Below, in pieces: positions 23,670 through 36,513 of a stretch of DNA of 62,927 nucleotides. Position 1 is the stretch's first letter; each line of letters opens with the position of its first letter. Under the pieces are notes generated by a model. That model was given only the letters and a program-made list of their open reading frames with translations, did no database searches and was not told where the DNA came from. A program made the translations under genes and the position numbers. The DNA is from Ancylonema sp. (Eukaryota), in contig JBFLGF010000172.1 of assembly GCA_050230475.1 (NCBI GenBank), positions 1 to 62,927 on the forward strand. Reading direction: 5' to 3'.

Positions 23670-25009
23670 ATGGGCTCCATGCTCTCATCTCACGTTCCAC
23701 GGGAGCAAACAGAAGCTCCATCGTGCCCTGATGCTGAAGCTCAAATCTCCCACCAGCTTCAAACCATTCTTTCCCGAGCAGAGGACTTGAAGCAGGCTTT
23801 TCCAGGAGAAGGTCCTCTACGTCTGCTGGTGCTCGGCCCTCGACGCCACGGCAAATCGGCATTCATTAACACCCTCTTTCACGTGGGAGAACAGCGTTGG
23901 GGCCGACCGTTCATCAAACAAGCTGCCTCAGGTGCGGATTCAGGGGGTAGTTGGAGACGAAAACATCACACCTGGAAACAGACCTTGCTAGATGTGTTGC
24001 ATGCATTTTCCATGTTGGTGTCAAAGAGGCACTCTTCTTCCAAGCGACAATACCTTTGCACAGTTTGATATTTGAGATGGAGTTGCTAAACTGGGTAAAG
24101 CAGATTCCCGCCCCTCAATCCCGCCCCGCATTCCCACCCCGTCGTTCAAATGAGGAGGCGGACATCGGCGAGCATGTACTAGACGGGTAGCCCCTTACAT
24201 GCTTCTCCCGTCCACCCCCTCATCTTCGGCCAGCTTTGTGGTCTTCGACAGCCCAGCTGTGGGGTGTGGGGATCAAAGTAACTGGGGAGGCCGTTTGGAA
24301 CAGTATGTGGACGAGGTCCTTCCCGATTGTGTGCTTGTAGTCATGAGCTTGAGTGAGTTCGAAGCTGAAGAGGGACGACAGTTCCTTACTCTAGAGGAGC
24401 TCGTGGATGCTGTGAGAGATGCTCAACAAGGTGAGGCATATGGCTGGTGTATGGCCGCCTCTCAGTGCTCAAAAATAGATAGTTATGGGCAGCACATAAA
24501 AATGTCCCCGTCAAGTAACTCGCACGAGAATTAAGCACAAGATAAATATATCATTTTGTTTCAATTTTTTTTTTTTTTTTTTTTGTGTCGGCTTTACATT
24601 GAGGAAGCTTCGTTGAGTCAATCAACTCACTACTCTTCTTTCCATTGGTGCAGGGAGTCTTGAGACCATCATTGTGGGGACGAAGTTGGACCAGATCACG
24701 GGAGCTCTCACTCGTGCAATAAATCCGGAAGAGTACCACCAGCGTCTTCGTACACATCTCAAAATCCGATCAACGGATTGCGTGTTCACCCTCGCAAATT
24801 ACGTTGAAAAAGATAACGAGGTTTTCCGGTGTTTGAAATCAGACCGCACGGTATTGCACATCTTGGAACAAGCAATTGTGTTTGGATGGCATCGGCGCGC
24901 AGCGGCTAAGCTTGAGAGATCAAAAGGGAAAGTTGATTGTCTTGAGCAAAGAGGAAGAGTCGATGAGGACTTGTCAAACCTAGTTATAAATGATGGTGTG
25001 GTTCAATGA
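23670..25009 (+). CDS. Uncharacterised P-loop GTPase, IFI44-like
   Basis: G1 LLVLGPRRHGKSAFINT, G3-like VVFDSPA, G4 IVGTKLD, and VFTLANY. Last intron 24431-24653 is GT-AG and in frame; first intron boundaries uncertain. Confidence 0.7.
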
Positions 25010-25183
25010 CGGTCTTCTCGACTCGTAGCTTTTTGAGACCGTTCAATATTTTCCTTCATTTGAGCAAATATGTTGGTGTTTAACAAAAATATTGGATTAA
25101 GAGGTGGTCAAAACTCAAGAACACATTGTTGCAAAGTTGTGCTCGAGTCTTGTGTTATCTGGCAACAAGACACTAAGATGGTG

Positions 25184-26127
25184 CATAGTTGCACGAACTC
25201 CAAACCGTTTCCGAAACGGATCTCAGATGGAACCGGTTCTGCCAAAAGTGGCCGCGGTTTGGAACCGCGGGATTTAGGTTTTTTTCACTTAAACTGCATT
25301 TTTAGGGGCTATATGGCTCGGAAAAAATCGACAAGTAGTTTTTTTTTTGTGTACCACTTCATGGTCTATCCAACAAAAATATCAAACAGTAGATACACAT
25401 TGTAACGAAACTCAAAATGGTTTTTCTCACAAGTGTATCCACCTGCTTTTGGTGCAGTTCTCTGTTTTGCTCACTTCTTTGCACACTTTCTTGCTATTTA
25501 TGTATAAGTAGTTATATAACAAGTTCGAGTTCCAGTTTCACTCTTTTTCCCAATTATCCAATAAACTCCATTCCATATATCTTTCATCATTCCCATTCCG
25601 TGTTTTGATTCCATGTGAAAATGTTTCAACATGATGTCGTCACCCGTTTTGTCTTGCCACTCGACATTTGATTTAAATTTCCATGTATTTTTTCTTTTCA
25701 ATCGTTTGCTCAAAGCTGCGGTACTCCATTTATAACCACTCTCTTCCTACTTAAATCTCCTACTCAATTCACGTCCCTTGCTTCTCTATAGATTTTCATA
25801 GTGGAAGGTCGAGTGTTGTTTTCTGCCAATGAAAATGCACCACGTCCCGCCATGGCGCGAAATAAAGAAAATTGAAACTAACAATGGCCGCGCCATATTT
25901 CTCCAATGAAACATTTCTCAATTTTAGCGTCTGAAAGTGACGTGGAGTCACCAACATGAACATTTACAACGATATATTTCCCCCGCATACGTTTTTTGGG
26001 AGGTAAAAAATGCTCTACCGCGGGAAGGAGTAAAACCCTAAAAAATTCCCGGTTCGTCCGGTTCCGAAACGGTTCCATCTCGGAACCGGTTCCAAAAAAA
26101 AAAAAACAGCCGGTTCGTGCAACTATG
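25184..26127. mobile_element. Non-autonomous hAT-type element (944 bp)
   Basis: Perfect 15-bp TIR CATAGTTGCACGAAC; 8-bp TSD AGATGGTG (25176-25183, 26128-26135); subterminal AACCG/CGGTT repeats. Confidence 0.92.
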
Positions 26128-27149
26128 AGATGGTGTCTTGTGAAAAAGAAACATATTAATCATCTATCCGATTGGCAATTGCTCTTTATATCTATAAGTT
26201 AGTATACGTTAGATAAGTGCGTGTCCTTCAAGCAATTGTGTCTCTAGGTCCCCTTCAAGTGGTGTTCTGTCATAATCACTCCATGAATTATCAATGAAGC
26301 ACCGTGATGCTAAGTCAAAAGTAGACGTTGTTAGAGATCGGTCTATTATGGTATACCACTACATAAGCATTTACATTTTAAACCATGTTAGAACAACACA
26401 TTACGTGCGTGCAAAACTGCCTAGAAAGCATCCGCTAGCGGTTTTGAGCCCTAATATTTTGCTCGCCTCTCCTCGTTGTTTTACACTCTTTCGCTGAACT
26501 CCCTCATTACCCTCGAATGACTCACCCCGATTTCTCACTCCCCCCTCATTTATCCTCACCCGTTTCCCTGTTCTCACTTTTCAACTTATGACGGGTTCCC
26601 TCCACTTGACTAGCTCCGTCGTCCCCCACCGCATCTTCCTCCATTTTCTCCATCCACTGCTTTCTTATTTAGAAAATTGAGTGAACCACATAGCGGTGGA
26701 CCACATGGTATTGCACCACTATTCGAGGTGGCACGGTCTTACTCGTACGGTCCATATATCATACTGCATCAGCAAGGCGGCATGAGTATCGTATAGGATG
26801 ACTCTAGGGCGGGAGGCATTACAAAACTCTGGTGCCCTCACAGATATTGGTTTGACCCTCATCTCCACCAGCTTGGGCCATAGTATATGGGCTATTAATG
26901 TAATGAAGTCAGATCATTCCCAATGCGCATTTTTATTCAATGGAAGTAGGTCGTGCGGGCCATATCCTTTTAAAGATGAGGTCGGTCGTGATGGAACATG
27001 TTTTTTGTTCTTGTAAGTAGGTTTGTTCTCGTCTTGAGTCATGACATCGCACACGCCAAACAGTTGTTGTTGTTGTTGTTGTTGTTGTGCAATTAGGAGT
27101 GGCCGTCTACCATCGACGCACGGTTGGGAAACGTTATGTATTGGAGTTA

Positions 27150-27790
27150 CAATGCTCCCTCGTTGTAACGTAAAAAACAAAGTGGACAAGTGTCGTAATA
27201 TCGAGGTTTCATTATACACCGTGTAACGACATTAACCATTGATTTGACTGAAATTTGTCTCGTTGTACTGCGGGACTTCATGAATGAAGCAAAGTAAATA
27301 ACCAACTATGTTGTTTACAGGTAGGTTGGAATAATACTCATTCGATAAGTTGCCTTGGGATCATCATCCAAATGAGCGTTTGCGCTTTGATACATGGAGT
27401 ACAAGAGCGTAATGAGAATCAATACGCGTCGACTAGCACAATAAATTCGAACAACTTAACGAGGAAAGTTAAAGAATTATTCACAATCGAACGAGGCAAC
27501 AAAGCACTGACATATATTTTTATACATAGAGTTAACATAACGTACATGAACATGACAAAAAAAAATTAGGTTATAAATTATAAATAATATAATATAATAT
27601 ATATTATATTAGATTATATTATATTATAAATAATATATTATTGATTCATGAATTCTATTTCTTTTATTGATTTTTTATCTATCGATATTTGCTTACATTG
27701 AAGGTGATTTTATATTGATTCGAAATCAAAATCTGTCGTTGTTGTCGAGGTTGTCCTTATAAAGAGGGTCGTTATACCGAAGGAGCACTG
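27150..27790 (-). mobile_element. pogo/Tigger-like MITE, degenerate, inverted relative to 28342-28962
   Basis: TA-caatgctccctcg ... cgaaggagcactg-TA; its last ~110 bp are reverse-complement homologous to 28342-28450. Confidence 0.7.
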
Positions 27791-27792
27791 TA

Positions 27793-28339
27793 TAGTGAAC
27801 CCTCGACATAGTGACAATATTATGGGCTATGGATATTTGTGCAACTACACATTGTAAAGTGACATTTGATGGGGCGACATTGGGCAAATGTCTAGTGACA
27901 TTTGAGAGAATGTAAAATTTAGGTACCAGATCGGATTAGCAACAGTTTTCACTAGGTAGTCGGGTCATTGAAACGTCGTTTGTTCAATATCCACTCGCTA
28001 TATTTCTCTAGGGAAGTGGGTCATATGAACGGCATTTGTTTCAATGTCCACTCGCTACAGTTATGCTTGCCTAAATAAATATTGTCCGGATCGGGAAAAA
28101 CGATCAATTCATTGAACTGTTCAGATTTTGAGTGACGACCCGAAAGATTTTCTATTACACTAGACGGGACAAAGTTGATTTGACAAGATTTCAATTTATA
28201 GTGACATCGCAATAGTAGACTCTGTGATTTTTCGGTCACTATAACGTGTGTCACTAAAGCGATTGTCGCAATATGTAGTGGGGTGTTATGGAGGATTAGA
28301 AAAGGGCAAAAAAATGTCGCTTCATCGAGAGTATTACTA
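27793..28339. mobile_element. Second-family pogo-like MITE
   Basis: Imperfect TIR tagtgaaccctcgacatagtgaca / tgtcgcttcatcgagagtattacta between TA dinucleotides; related sequence at 3076-3210. Confidence 0.6.
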
Positions 28340-28341
28340 TA

Positions 28342-28962
28342 CAGTGCTCCCTCGATATAACGACCCTCGATATAACGACAACCTCGGTATAATGGCAGTT
28401 TTTTGGTTTTTTTTTTAAATCAATATGAAATCGCCTTCGATATGAGCATAACGACACTCTATATAATGACAAACTATTCCATAATTTTGTAACTGAATAT
28501 CGTTATACTGTGTATATAACGCTATTGCTCGCAGATAACCATGTATGGAAATCGAGAAAATTTTAGAACGGCACCTCAAATTGTATATAGAATTCTATAT
28601 AGGTCCAATAGAATGTGCGTGTCCGGTGTTGGTTCGTAACAACCTTAATACCTCACCATTTCATCTCGTAAAATTATGTGGTATATTTTGTCCATCCGCA
28701 TGTATTGGTATCATGACGCACTTGTATAACTCGTATATAAATACACACGCTGAATTTAATAATCATGCCAAGGCAAATTACTCTACAAAACACATAATAA
28801 ACACATTTGCTTATTCACTTTGCTTCATTCGCAAAGTCCCTCGATACAACGACATAGATTTTATATTCTAGTAGTGTATGTCGATAAACAGTGTATAACG
28901 GCACCTCGATATAACGACACTTTTATGGGGAAAAATTGTATCGTTGTATCGAGGGAGCACTG
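28342..28962 (+). mobile_element. pogo/Tigger-like MITE (621 bp)
   Basis: 22-bp TIR CAGTGCTCCCTCGATAYAACGA (1 mismatch), TA on both sides, internal CTCGATATAACGAC repeats. Confidence 0.92.
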
Positions 28963-29340
28963 TAGCGAGATTGTTTCTGTGAGATTGTTTTTGTTCACTG
29001 CGCGGCATCCGCGATGGGGGTGGCATCCAGCTGGCGACTGCGCGGTCGGCGCGAAGGAAACAAGCCTACTCCCGCTCGCCCCCCTCGATATCTTTTGGTC
29101 CAGAGTTTACCGTGACCTTTTTTCGTTCCTCTGTCCTCCGAATTGCTTGTCGTTCATTCGTTCTGAAGTGCTTTTCGGGTTGGGCAGGCAAAAATATGCC
29201 TCTGACCGGAGTTCAAAAAAGAGACGGCGAACGCCTCGGCCGAAACCGGGGCAGCACGTGAAACTCAATTCTCAAATACGACGGGTGTCGAATCCGTGTC
29301 CCGCTAATTCCAATTCTTCCAAATCTTTGCGTCGCATGCT

Positions 29341-29518
29341 TTTCGCGCAAATGTTGGCGCGCACATTCTGCTGGACCGTCGATCTTAAATCTTGTCTACG
29401 GGGCGTCCGGTCCGCCCCTGCCCGAAAGACGGCTGACGGCACTTGGCAGTCCCCCAGCTCAGCTTCCTCCCTGCCAGCTACGAGCGTCAGCTACATTCCT
29501 TGAAATTCAGGCGGGAAA
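29341..29518. promoter_or_regulatory. E2F site cluster upstream of RNR1-B
   Basis: TTTCGCGC at 29341-29348, TTGGCGCG at ~29354-29361 and GCGGGAAA (reverse complement of TTTCCCGC) at 29511-29518. Confidence 0.6.
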
Positions 29519-29733
29519 GTGGATCAAAAAGGCTTTGAATTTGAATATGTGCGATCACGCGTCACCGCCTGGTGACAACAAAACCGACTTCACGGACACG
29601 CCTGTCCACAGTCGGACATATATCCCTCATTTTGCACCCAGTCATAGTCAAAGCGGTATCAGCTCAGCTCCCACATTCCCACGAATTCAGCTGTACATCT
29701 AAGGCAACCCTAGCTGTGCACTGTGCCGAAACC

Positions 29734-32700
29734 ATGTATGTGATCAAGCGCGATGGGCGCCAGGAAAAGGTTCACTTTGACAAGATCACTGCACGGATTC
29801 GGAAACTGAGCTATGGGCTGAATGACACCTTCTGCGACCCCACCGTAGTGGCGCAGAAAGTATGCATGGGAGTCTACAAGGGGGTGACTACGAGCCAGCT
29901 GGACGAGCTTGCCGCCGAGACTGCGGCCGCCATGACTGCCAGCCACCCGGACTATGCGTTGGTAGGTGGTCTGTTTATTTGTGCTGCTGTTGTGCGTAGT
30001 TCATCTGTCTAGCTGTGTCTACCCAATTCTCTGTGGATGTTGAGAATTCTGTATGATCTACTTCTTCCTCCCTGCGAGCATTGTGTCCTTGCCGAATGGA
30101 CTCCGTGTGACAGTCCATCCACACTTTTTGTTACAGCTGGCGGCTCGCATCGCGGTTTCCAATCTGCACAAGAACACAAAGAAGACGTTCTCTGAGACGT
30201 AAGTTTCCTCGCAGTTTGTATATCGTTCCGTGGCTGGAAGGACAAGAGATAACCTTCTGAAAAGTTATACCTTGAGACAGACAGGGAGTCAGAGTGAGTT
30301 GGTGACAGTGTTCTGAGCGGATCCATCGCGTGTTGCAGGGCGAAAGACATGTTTGAACACGTGAATGCTGATTCCAAACTGGAGTCTCCTCTACTCGCAG
30401 ATGACGTCTACGAAATAATAAAGAAGGTATCGACCTACTCTGTACTGTGCCTTGTATAAGTTTGCTAATCATTTGAAGTACCTCCCACCTTTCCACTCTC
30501 CAATCTGCTTCTGCACCTTGTTTTACGACTTAGGGGGAGACCATATCTTTCCTCGGGAAATCTATCAGTGAGATACTATTGTTACCTGCAGCTGTTGTAA
30601 AAAATGCGAGTTACCCGAAGCCAGTTCGTCAATTCGTTGTTAACCACCTTGCAATGGGTGGTGTGGATCTTTTCCACAGAACAAGGTGCGTCTGGACAGC
30701 GAGATCATCTATGATCGCGATTTCGACTACGACTTCTTTGGCTTCAAGACTCTGGAACGCTCCTATCTCCTCCGCGATAACGGGAACGTCGTTGAGCGGC
30801 CACAGCACATGCTCATGAGGGTGGCAGTGGGGATCCACAAAACAGACATAGAAGCTGCTGTGAAGACGTACCATCTCATGTCCCAACGATGGTTCACCCA
30901 CGCCTCCCCCACTCTCTTCAACGCCGGTACTCCTCGACCTCAGGTGTGAACCACTCCTCTCTTCATATGTTACTCCTCTCTCCTCAAGTCTCTCATCTCT
31001 TCTGACAATTCTCCTTTCTTCACCTGGTACTCCTCTCCTTTGATGTTAGTCCTCTGTGTGATATTTTACGTCTTTGTTCTTTCGTGATCACCTCTCTTTC
31101 TGATGTCTCTCCTGTGGTCTGATATTACACCTCTTTACCGATACAAAGCCTGTAGCTCATTGACCTCTCAGTCTCATTGACCTCTCCCCCTCTGTTTTTT
31201 TCACTTCTATGTGAGCAGCTGAGCAGCTGCTTCCTGGTCTGGATGAAGGAGGACAGCATCGAGGGCATCTACGACACCCTCAAGGAATGCGCAGTCATCA
31301 GCAAGAGCGCAGGAGGCATTGGGATGTCCATCCACAACATCCGAGCAACCAGCAGTTACATCCGTGGCACCAACGGGGCATCCAATGGCATCGTCCCCAT
31401 GCTGCGAGTGTTCAATGACACGGCGCGATACGTGGACCAGGGAGGAGGGAAGAGGAAAGGTGACTACTGAGCTCCCTCGATATAGTCCCATCGTCTACTG
31501 TGAACAATCTCGATCTCCACTAGTGGTAGATGATTCACAACCACTCCAGTCTTCTGTTGTGGCAGAAGAGCCTACGTGCCCTTGTGTAGTCATCATTCCG
31601 TATCATCCTTCATGACTGTTGGCTGGTGCTTCTGGTAGCTTCACCTTTTTAGCTGCAGTAGTATATTTTTGAGGCATACAATGGAAGCCTGTTGGGCCGT
31701 CACAGGCACATCATTATTGTGGGGTTACACCATGGCAATTTCAATGTCTTTCGAATCATTCGAACATCATCAAGCCTTCCTCTTCCTCGTGCCTTCCCTT
31801 CCTGTGCAGGAGCCTTTGCCATCTACCTTGAACCCTGGCACTCTGATATTTATGACTGGCTGGACCTCCGAAAGAATCATGGCAAGGTAACACATCCCCC
31901 GCCACTCCCCCCCCCCCAGCCCCACGTCCCTCCCTCTCATCTCGCACTCACCAACAACAACATACATAAAGCTTTTTCTCATTCATCCCCCTATTTCTGA
32001 CATGATGCAGGAGGAGAACCGTGCGCGGGACCTGTTCTACGGCCTATGGATTCCAGATCTGTTCATGGATAGAGTCGAGAAGGATGGCAATTGGCCCCTC
32101 TTCTGTCCGAATGAGGCACCTGGGCTGGCCGATTGTTGGGGAGAGGAGTTCGAGGCTCTACACAGCAGATACGAGAAGGAGGTACGGCCATTTCTACGAA
32201 GGGCCACTATGTAGAGGCACACAGAGAGAGTCTATCGAGAGGCTCTACAGAGGGTTGTTTGTACTGTCATTGGGCACATGGATATCTGCTTGTGCTAGAC
32301 GAGAAAAGAATCTTTCAAATATAGCAGCCCACCAGCCCAATAACAGCCCACCTTTTCCCCTTTCCCCTCAGGGAAGGGCCAAGAAGACGGTGAAGGCCCA
32401 GCACTTGTGGTATGCCATTCTGGAAGCGCAGATCGAAACAGGCAACCCTTATATTCTGTTCAAGGTAATCCCTATCAAGGTCTCCTCTATCCCACTTCTT
32501 CAACCCCAAAGTGCATGATGTAGTACTCGCAGAGATGGACGTTGGGTTTCCGACCATGGCCGCCTCACCTCCCCCTTCCGCCCCCCCCTCGCCCCCCAGG
32601 ATGCGTGCAACCGTAAGAGCAATCAGCAAAACCTTGGCACCATCAAGTCCTCCAATCTCTGCACAGAGATCATTCAGTTCTCCAGTCCAAAGGAGACAGC

Positions 32701-35700
32701 TGTCTGCAATCTGGCATCCATTGCACTCTCGAGATTCGTGCGCGAGGAGGTAGGGAGGATAGGGGACAACCCCCAGCCCCCAGTCCCCACCACAGGGGAG
32801 AGACAGGCGATACTAGTTGATACAAGAACCAGTAGCTGTTGTTGTTCTTCAGTTGCCTTGTGGGCTCCACCCGGGTGCCTCATTGGATTAAGGGATTAGA
32901 CGTACGATTGGTTGTAGAAGTAGATAATGGTTTTGGTGGATAACCGGTTTGCCTGACCGTTGGGGTAGTCATTGCAGTAAACCGGTTGTGCCCCGTCTGT
33001 GTCTCCTTCAGGGTGTGCCTGTGGAGCAGAAGCTGACTGGCAGCCGGAACCACGCCAACCGCCACTTTGACTTCGAGAAACTGGGGGAGGTGAGATAGAT
33101 GCCCTCCTTACCTTCGGGTGTAAACACAATTGTGGTGTTCAGTCTTTTTTCCGGTGCCAGCTGCCATCAGCCAGCAGTGTATACATTCGTACTCGTTCTT
33201 CACTTCCCTCAAGGAAATCGGATGTTCCAGGTTGGGATGTATCGGTTCTAATGAGAGAGGTTTGCTTCGCGCAGATCACGAGTGTGGTCACCCGCAACCT
33301 GAACCGCATCATCGACGTCAATTATTATCCCACGGAGAACGCGCGTCGTTCCAACATAAGGAACCGTCCCTTTGGGATCGGGGTGCAAGGGCTGGCAGAC
33401 ACATTCATACTGCTGGGCATGCCATTCGACTCGCCCCAGGTTCGGATCCAACAAAACAAACAGCATATCTGTGAAAAAAGCCATCCGATGTTTCTCTGCC
33501 TCCCAACAAGAAGTCCAGCACAAGTCCACCACAAGTCCACCACTTATCTGCTCGTTTCCGTTTGGTCTTTCTTGTATCCCACATTCATATCACCCCCCCT
33601 TTTCCCCTTCCTCTTGTCTTTTGTATCTGACATTGATGTTTCCCCCCCCCCCCTGCCCTTTCCTTTCCACTCCAGGCCCAGGAGCTGAACCGAGCCATTT
33701 TTGAGACCATTTACTACTACGCCCTCCAGACCTCTATGCAATTGGCTCAGGAAGAAGGCCCCTATGAATCCTACGCAGGCTGTCCCATCAGCAAAGTAGG
33801 CATCCATCCCAACAATCTCAGGGCACCCCCCCTCCCTCACCCTCCCACCATCCACAGACTGTAACACCTGCCTGAATTGATAACTTTCGTCTCACTTCTG
33901 TTGGGAAACCTTCAAACACACCTGGGAAATAATCCCTCGTCTCCGCATTTCCTGACAGTACTATTTTAGACAGGTTCAACGGTTCAGTCCTCATCTTACG
34001 TGTGCTGACATGGAACGGTTACCCGTGTTTGCCGTCCGCAGGGCGTCCTCCAACCGGACATGTGGGGGGTGGTCCCATCCGACCGCTGGGATTGGTTGGC
34101 CCTTCGATCGCAGGTGGCCCAACACGGGGTGCGCAACTCTCTGCTCGTGGCCCCCATGCCCACCGCCTCGACCAGCCAGATCCTGGGGAACAACGAGTGC
34201 TTTGAACCATACACCTCAAACATATACACGAGGAGGGTGCTAAGGTACGATAACCACCCTCCCCCTTCCCCGATTTCCGGTTCCATTTTCCTTGTGCTGT
34301 TTGTTAATCCTTAAGGCTCAAGTTAGACCAGTGGTTAGACCTCTCTCCTCAGGCACTTCTCTGTAGAGGCACACTTTTCAATAAAGGCACCGAAATCCGA
34401 TACTGGCATGCATGCATGCGGTTTCCCCACATCCTTCCTCCCTCTATAAAGTCACACCCTCTGTAAAGGCACATCTTCCCCCTATCCAAAGGATCTTTCT
34501 CTAACGTCATCCCCCCCACAACATCTGTCAACAAGATCACCAGATCTGCACGGTATCTCACGCCCTTTGCCTTTCTGCCTTTCTGCCTCTCTGCCTTTCT
34601 GCCTTCCTGTCTTTCTGCCCTGGGTGTGTGTTCAGTGGCGAGTTCGTTGTGGTGAACAAACACCTTCTGAACGACCTCACGGAGATGGGGCTGTGGACGC
34701 AAGACTTGAAGAACAAAGTGATTTACCACAACGGGTCCGTGCAGAAGGTGGAGGAGGTGCCAAACGATCTCAAGGCGATATACAAGTACGTCATCTCACC
34801 CTGGACAAGGGGGGAAAGGCAGGGAGAGAGTGGGGGTCTCTCCCACTTCTTTTCCTTCTCTTCCTTCTTCTCTTTCTTCTCCATCTTCCCCCCCCTCTAC
34901 TCTTTCACCGATGTCTACCTCTTCTCTTTCCCTTCTCCTCCTTCTGCTTCTTCTTCATCATCTTCTTCTTCTTTTCCTTCCCCTCCTTTTCCTTCTCCTC
35001 CTTCCACTTCCTCTTCTCCTTCTTCCTCCTCACCCCCGCCTCCTCTCCCCCCCTCCTCTCCTCCTTCCAGGACTGTGTGGGAGATCAAGCAGCGCACGAT
35101 CGTGGACATGGCCGCGGATCGCGGCGCGTACATTGACCAGAGCCAGAGCCTGAACATCCACATGGACACGCCAAACTACGGGAAACTGACCTCGCTGCAC
35201 TTCTACACGTGGAACAAGGTACAGGCACAACTCTATACAGGCACAACGGTTTGGTGACTGTAGAAAGGAATGGAGGGAGAGAGTGTGGCACAACCCCCTT
35301 CTCCCCACTCCCCTTCTTTAAGGCTATGGACTCCCGTGGCCTCACTCCACTCTCCCCTATTCCCCCTTGTTATCCTCAGGGCCTGAAGACGGGTATGTAC
35401 TATCTCCGATCTCGTTCTGCCACGGAGGCCATCAAGTTCACAGTGGACAACGCGGCGGCAACGGCAACCGTAAACACTCGCCACTCCATGCACTCCCCCT
35501 CGGAAAGCTGAACCGTATCTTATATCCGTATCCGCTTTCCTGTCCGTATCTACACTTGTACGTATCCGTATCCGTATATCCGTACCCTATCCGTACCCTA
35601 TCCGTATCCGTATCTGTGTATACTACCTTATCCGTACCCGTGTCATATGCGATTCTGTACGGGCATCCATGTCCGTATCTGCGACTCTGTCCGTCGTTGT

Positions 35701-35895
35701 ATCCGTTTCTGTACCCGCATCCGTATCCGATTCTCTGTGCGCATCCATCCCTGCTCACGCTGCTCTATCTCTCGATGGGGGTTTGGGTTTTAGGGTGCGG
35801 ACAAGGCGGAGCAGCTGGCCAAGGTGGACGTCCACATGGCAGCCATGGTGTGCTCGCTGGAAAACAAGGATGACTGTTTGGCGTGCGGGAGTTGA
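29734..35895 (+). CDS. RNR1: Ribonucleoside-diphosphate reductase large subunit, copy B (complete, 17 exons)
   Basis: Exons 29734-29961, 30137-30198, 30339-30426, 30680-30943, 31219-31459, 31810-31886, 32011-32181, 32372-32464, 32600-32749, 33012-33089, 33275-33439, 33676-33795, 34042-34244, 34636-34785, 35071-35218, 35380-35469, 35794-35895; all GT-AG. ATP cone, catalytic SCF / NLCTE / CNL, GMYYLR and C-terminal [14 protein letters not shown]. Confidence 0.97.
35511..35730 (+). repeat. Degenerate (TCCGTA)n repeat in the last intron of RNR1-B
   Basis: Directly visible hexamer repeats. Confidence 0.8.
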
Positions 35896-36390
35896 AAGGG
35901 CGCGAAAAAGTGGAGGGGATCCACAGAGACAGCTGTAGCAGACTGTAGCGGGAGGAAGACAGGACTCTGCCTCTGTATGAAACCTGGGTGCCAGACCAGT
36001 TAGGGACCAGTTGGGTCGAGCTGAGGAGTGGGCGCCTGCTATCGGGCTGCAGCTCGGAGGGGCAAGTTGGGGGGGGGTGTGGAAAAGGTTGAGGGTCGTA
36101 TGGTATGAGTGGAGTGGTTGGTACGACATGTGGGTTTTAGGTTTGCTGTGATTGGCGAGATTGAGAGATTGGGACACGTCACTCAAGAGCAATCTGTAGA
36201 TAGGGGTCAGGGGAGTGGTTGGGTGGGCATCGGGTGAAAGAAAGTGTACATAATATAGCATTCCCTTTTTGATACATATACATTTTTATTATAGTTTAAT
36301 TGAATGGCAAGCTACCTGTGTCAAATGGGAGTGATCGAGTCTTGTTATCCCGACATGCTGCATCCCCCCATGATGAGGTGGCGAGGCTGG

Positions 36391-36513
36391 GTGCCACGTG
36401 GAGAATTGTGACTGGATGATGGTGGTGCCACGTGGTGAGTTATGACTGGATGATGGTGGTGCCACGTGGCGAATTGTTACTAGATGATGGTGGTGCCACC
36501 TGGCAGATTGTGA
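36391..36513 (+). repeat. 34-bp tandem repeat carrying GCCACGTGG (G-box)
   Basis: Units start at 36391, 36425, 36459 and 36493 (last one partial, CACCTG). Confidence 0.85.

Noticed and set aside
34786..35070. Stop-free 285-nt insert in frame within RNR1-B (possible intein or extra domain)
   Set aside because: GT-AG intron with low-complexity pyrimidine content; no intein Cys/His-Asn ends; splicing restores the conserved IYKTVWEI.
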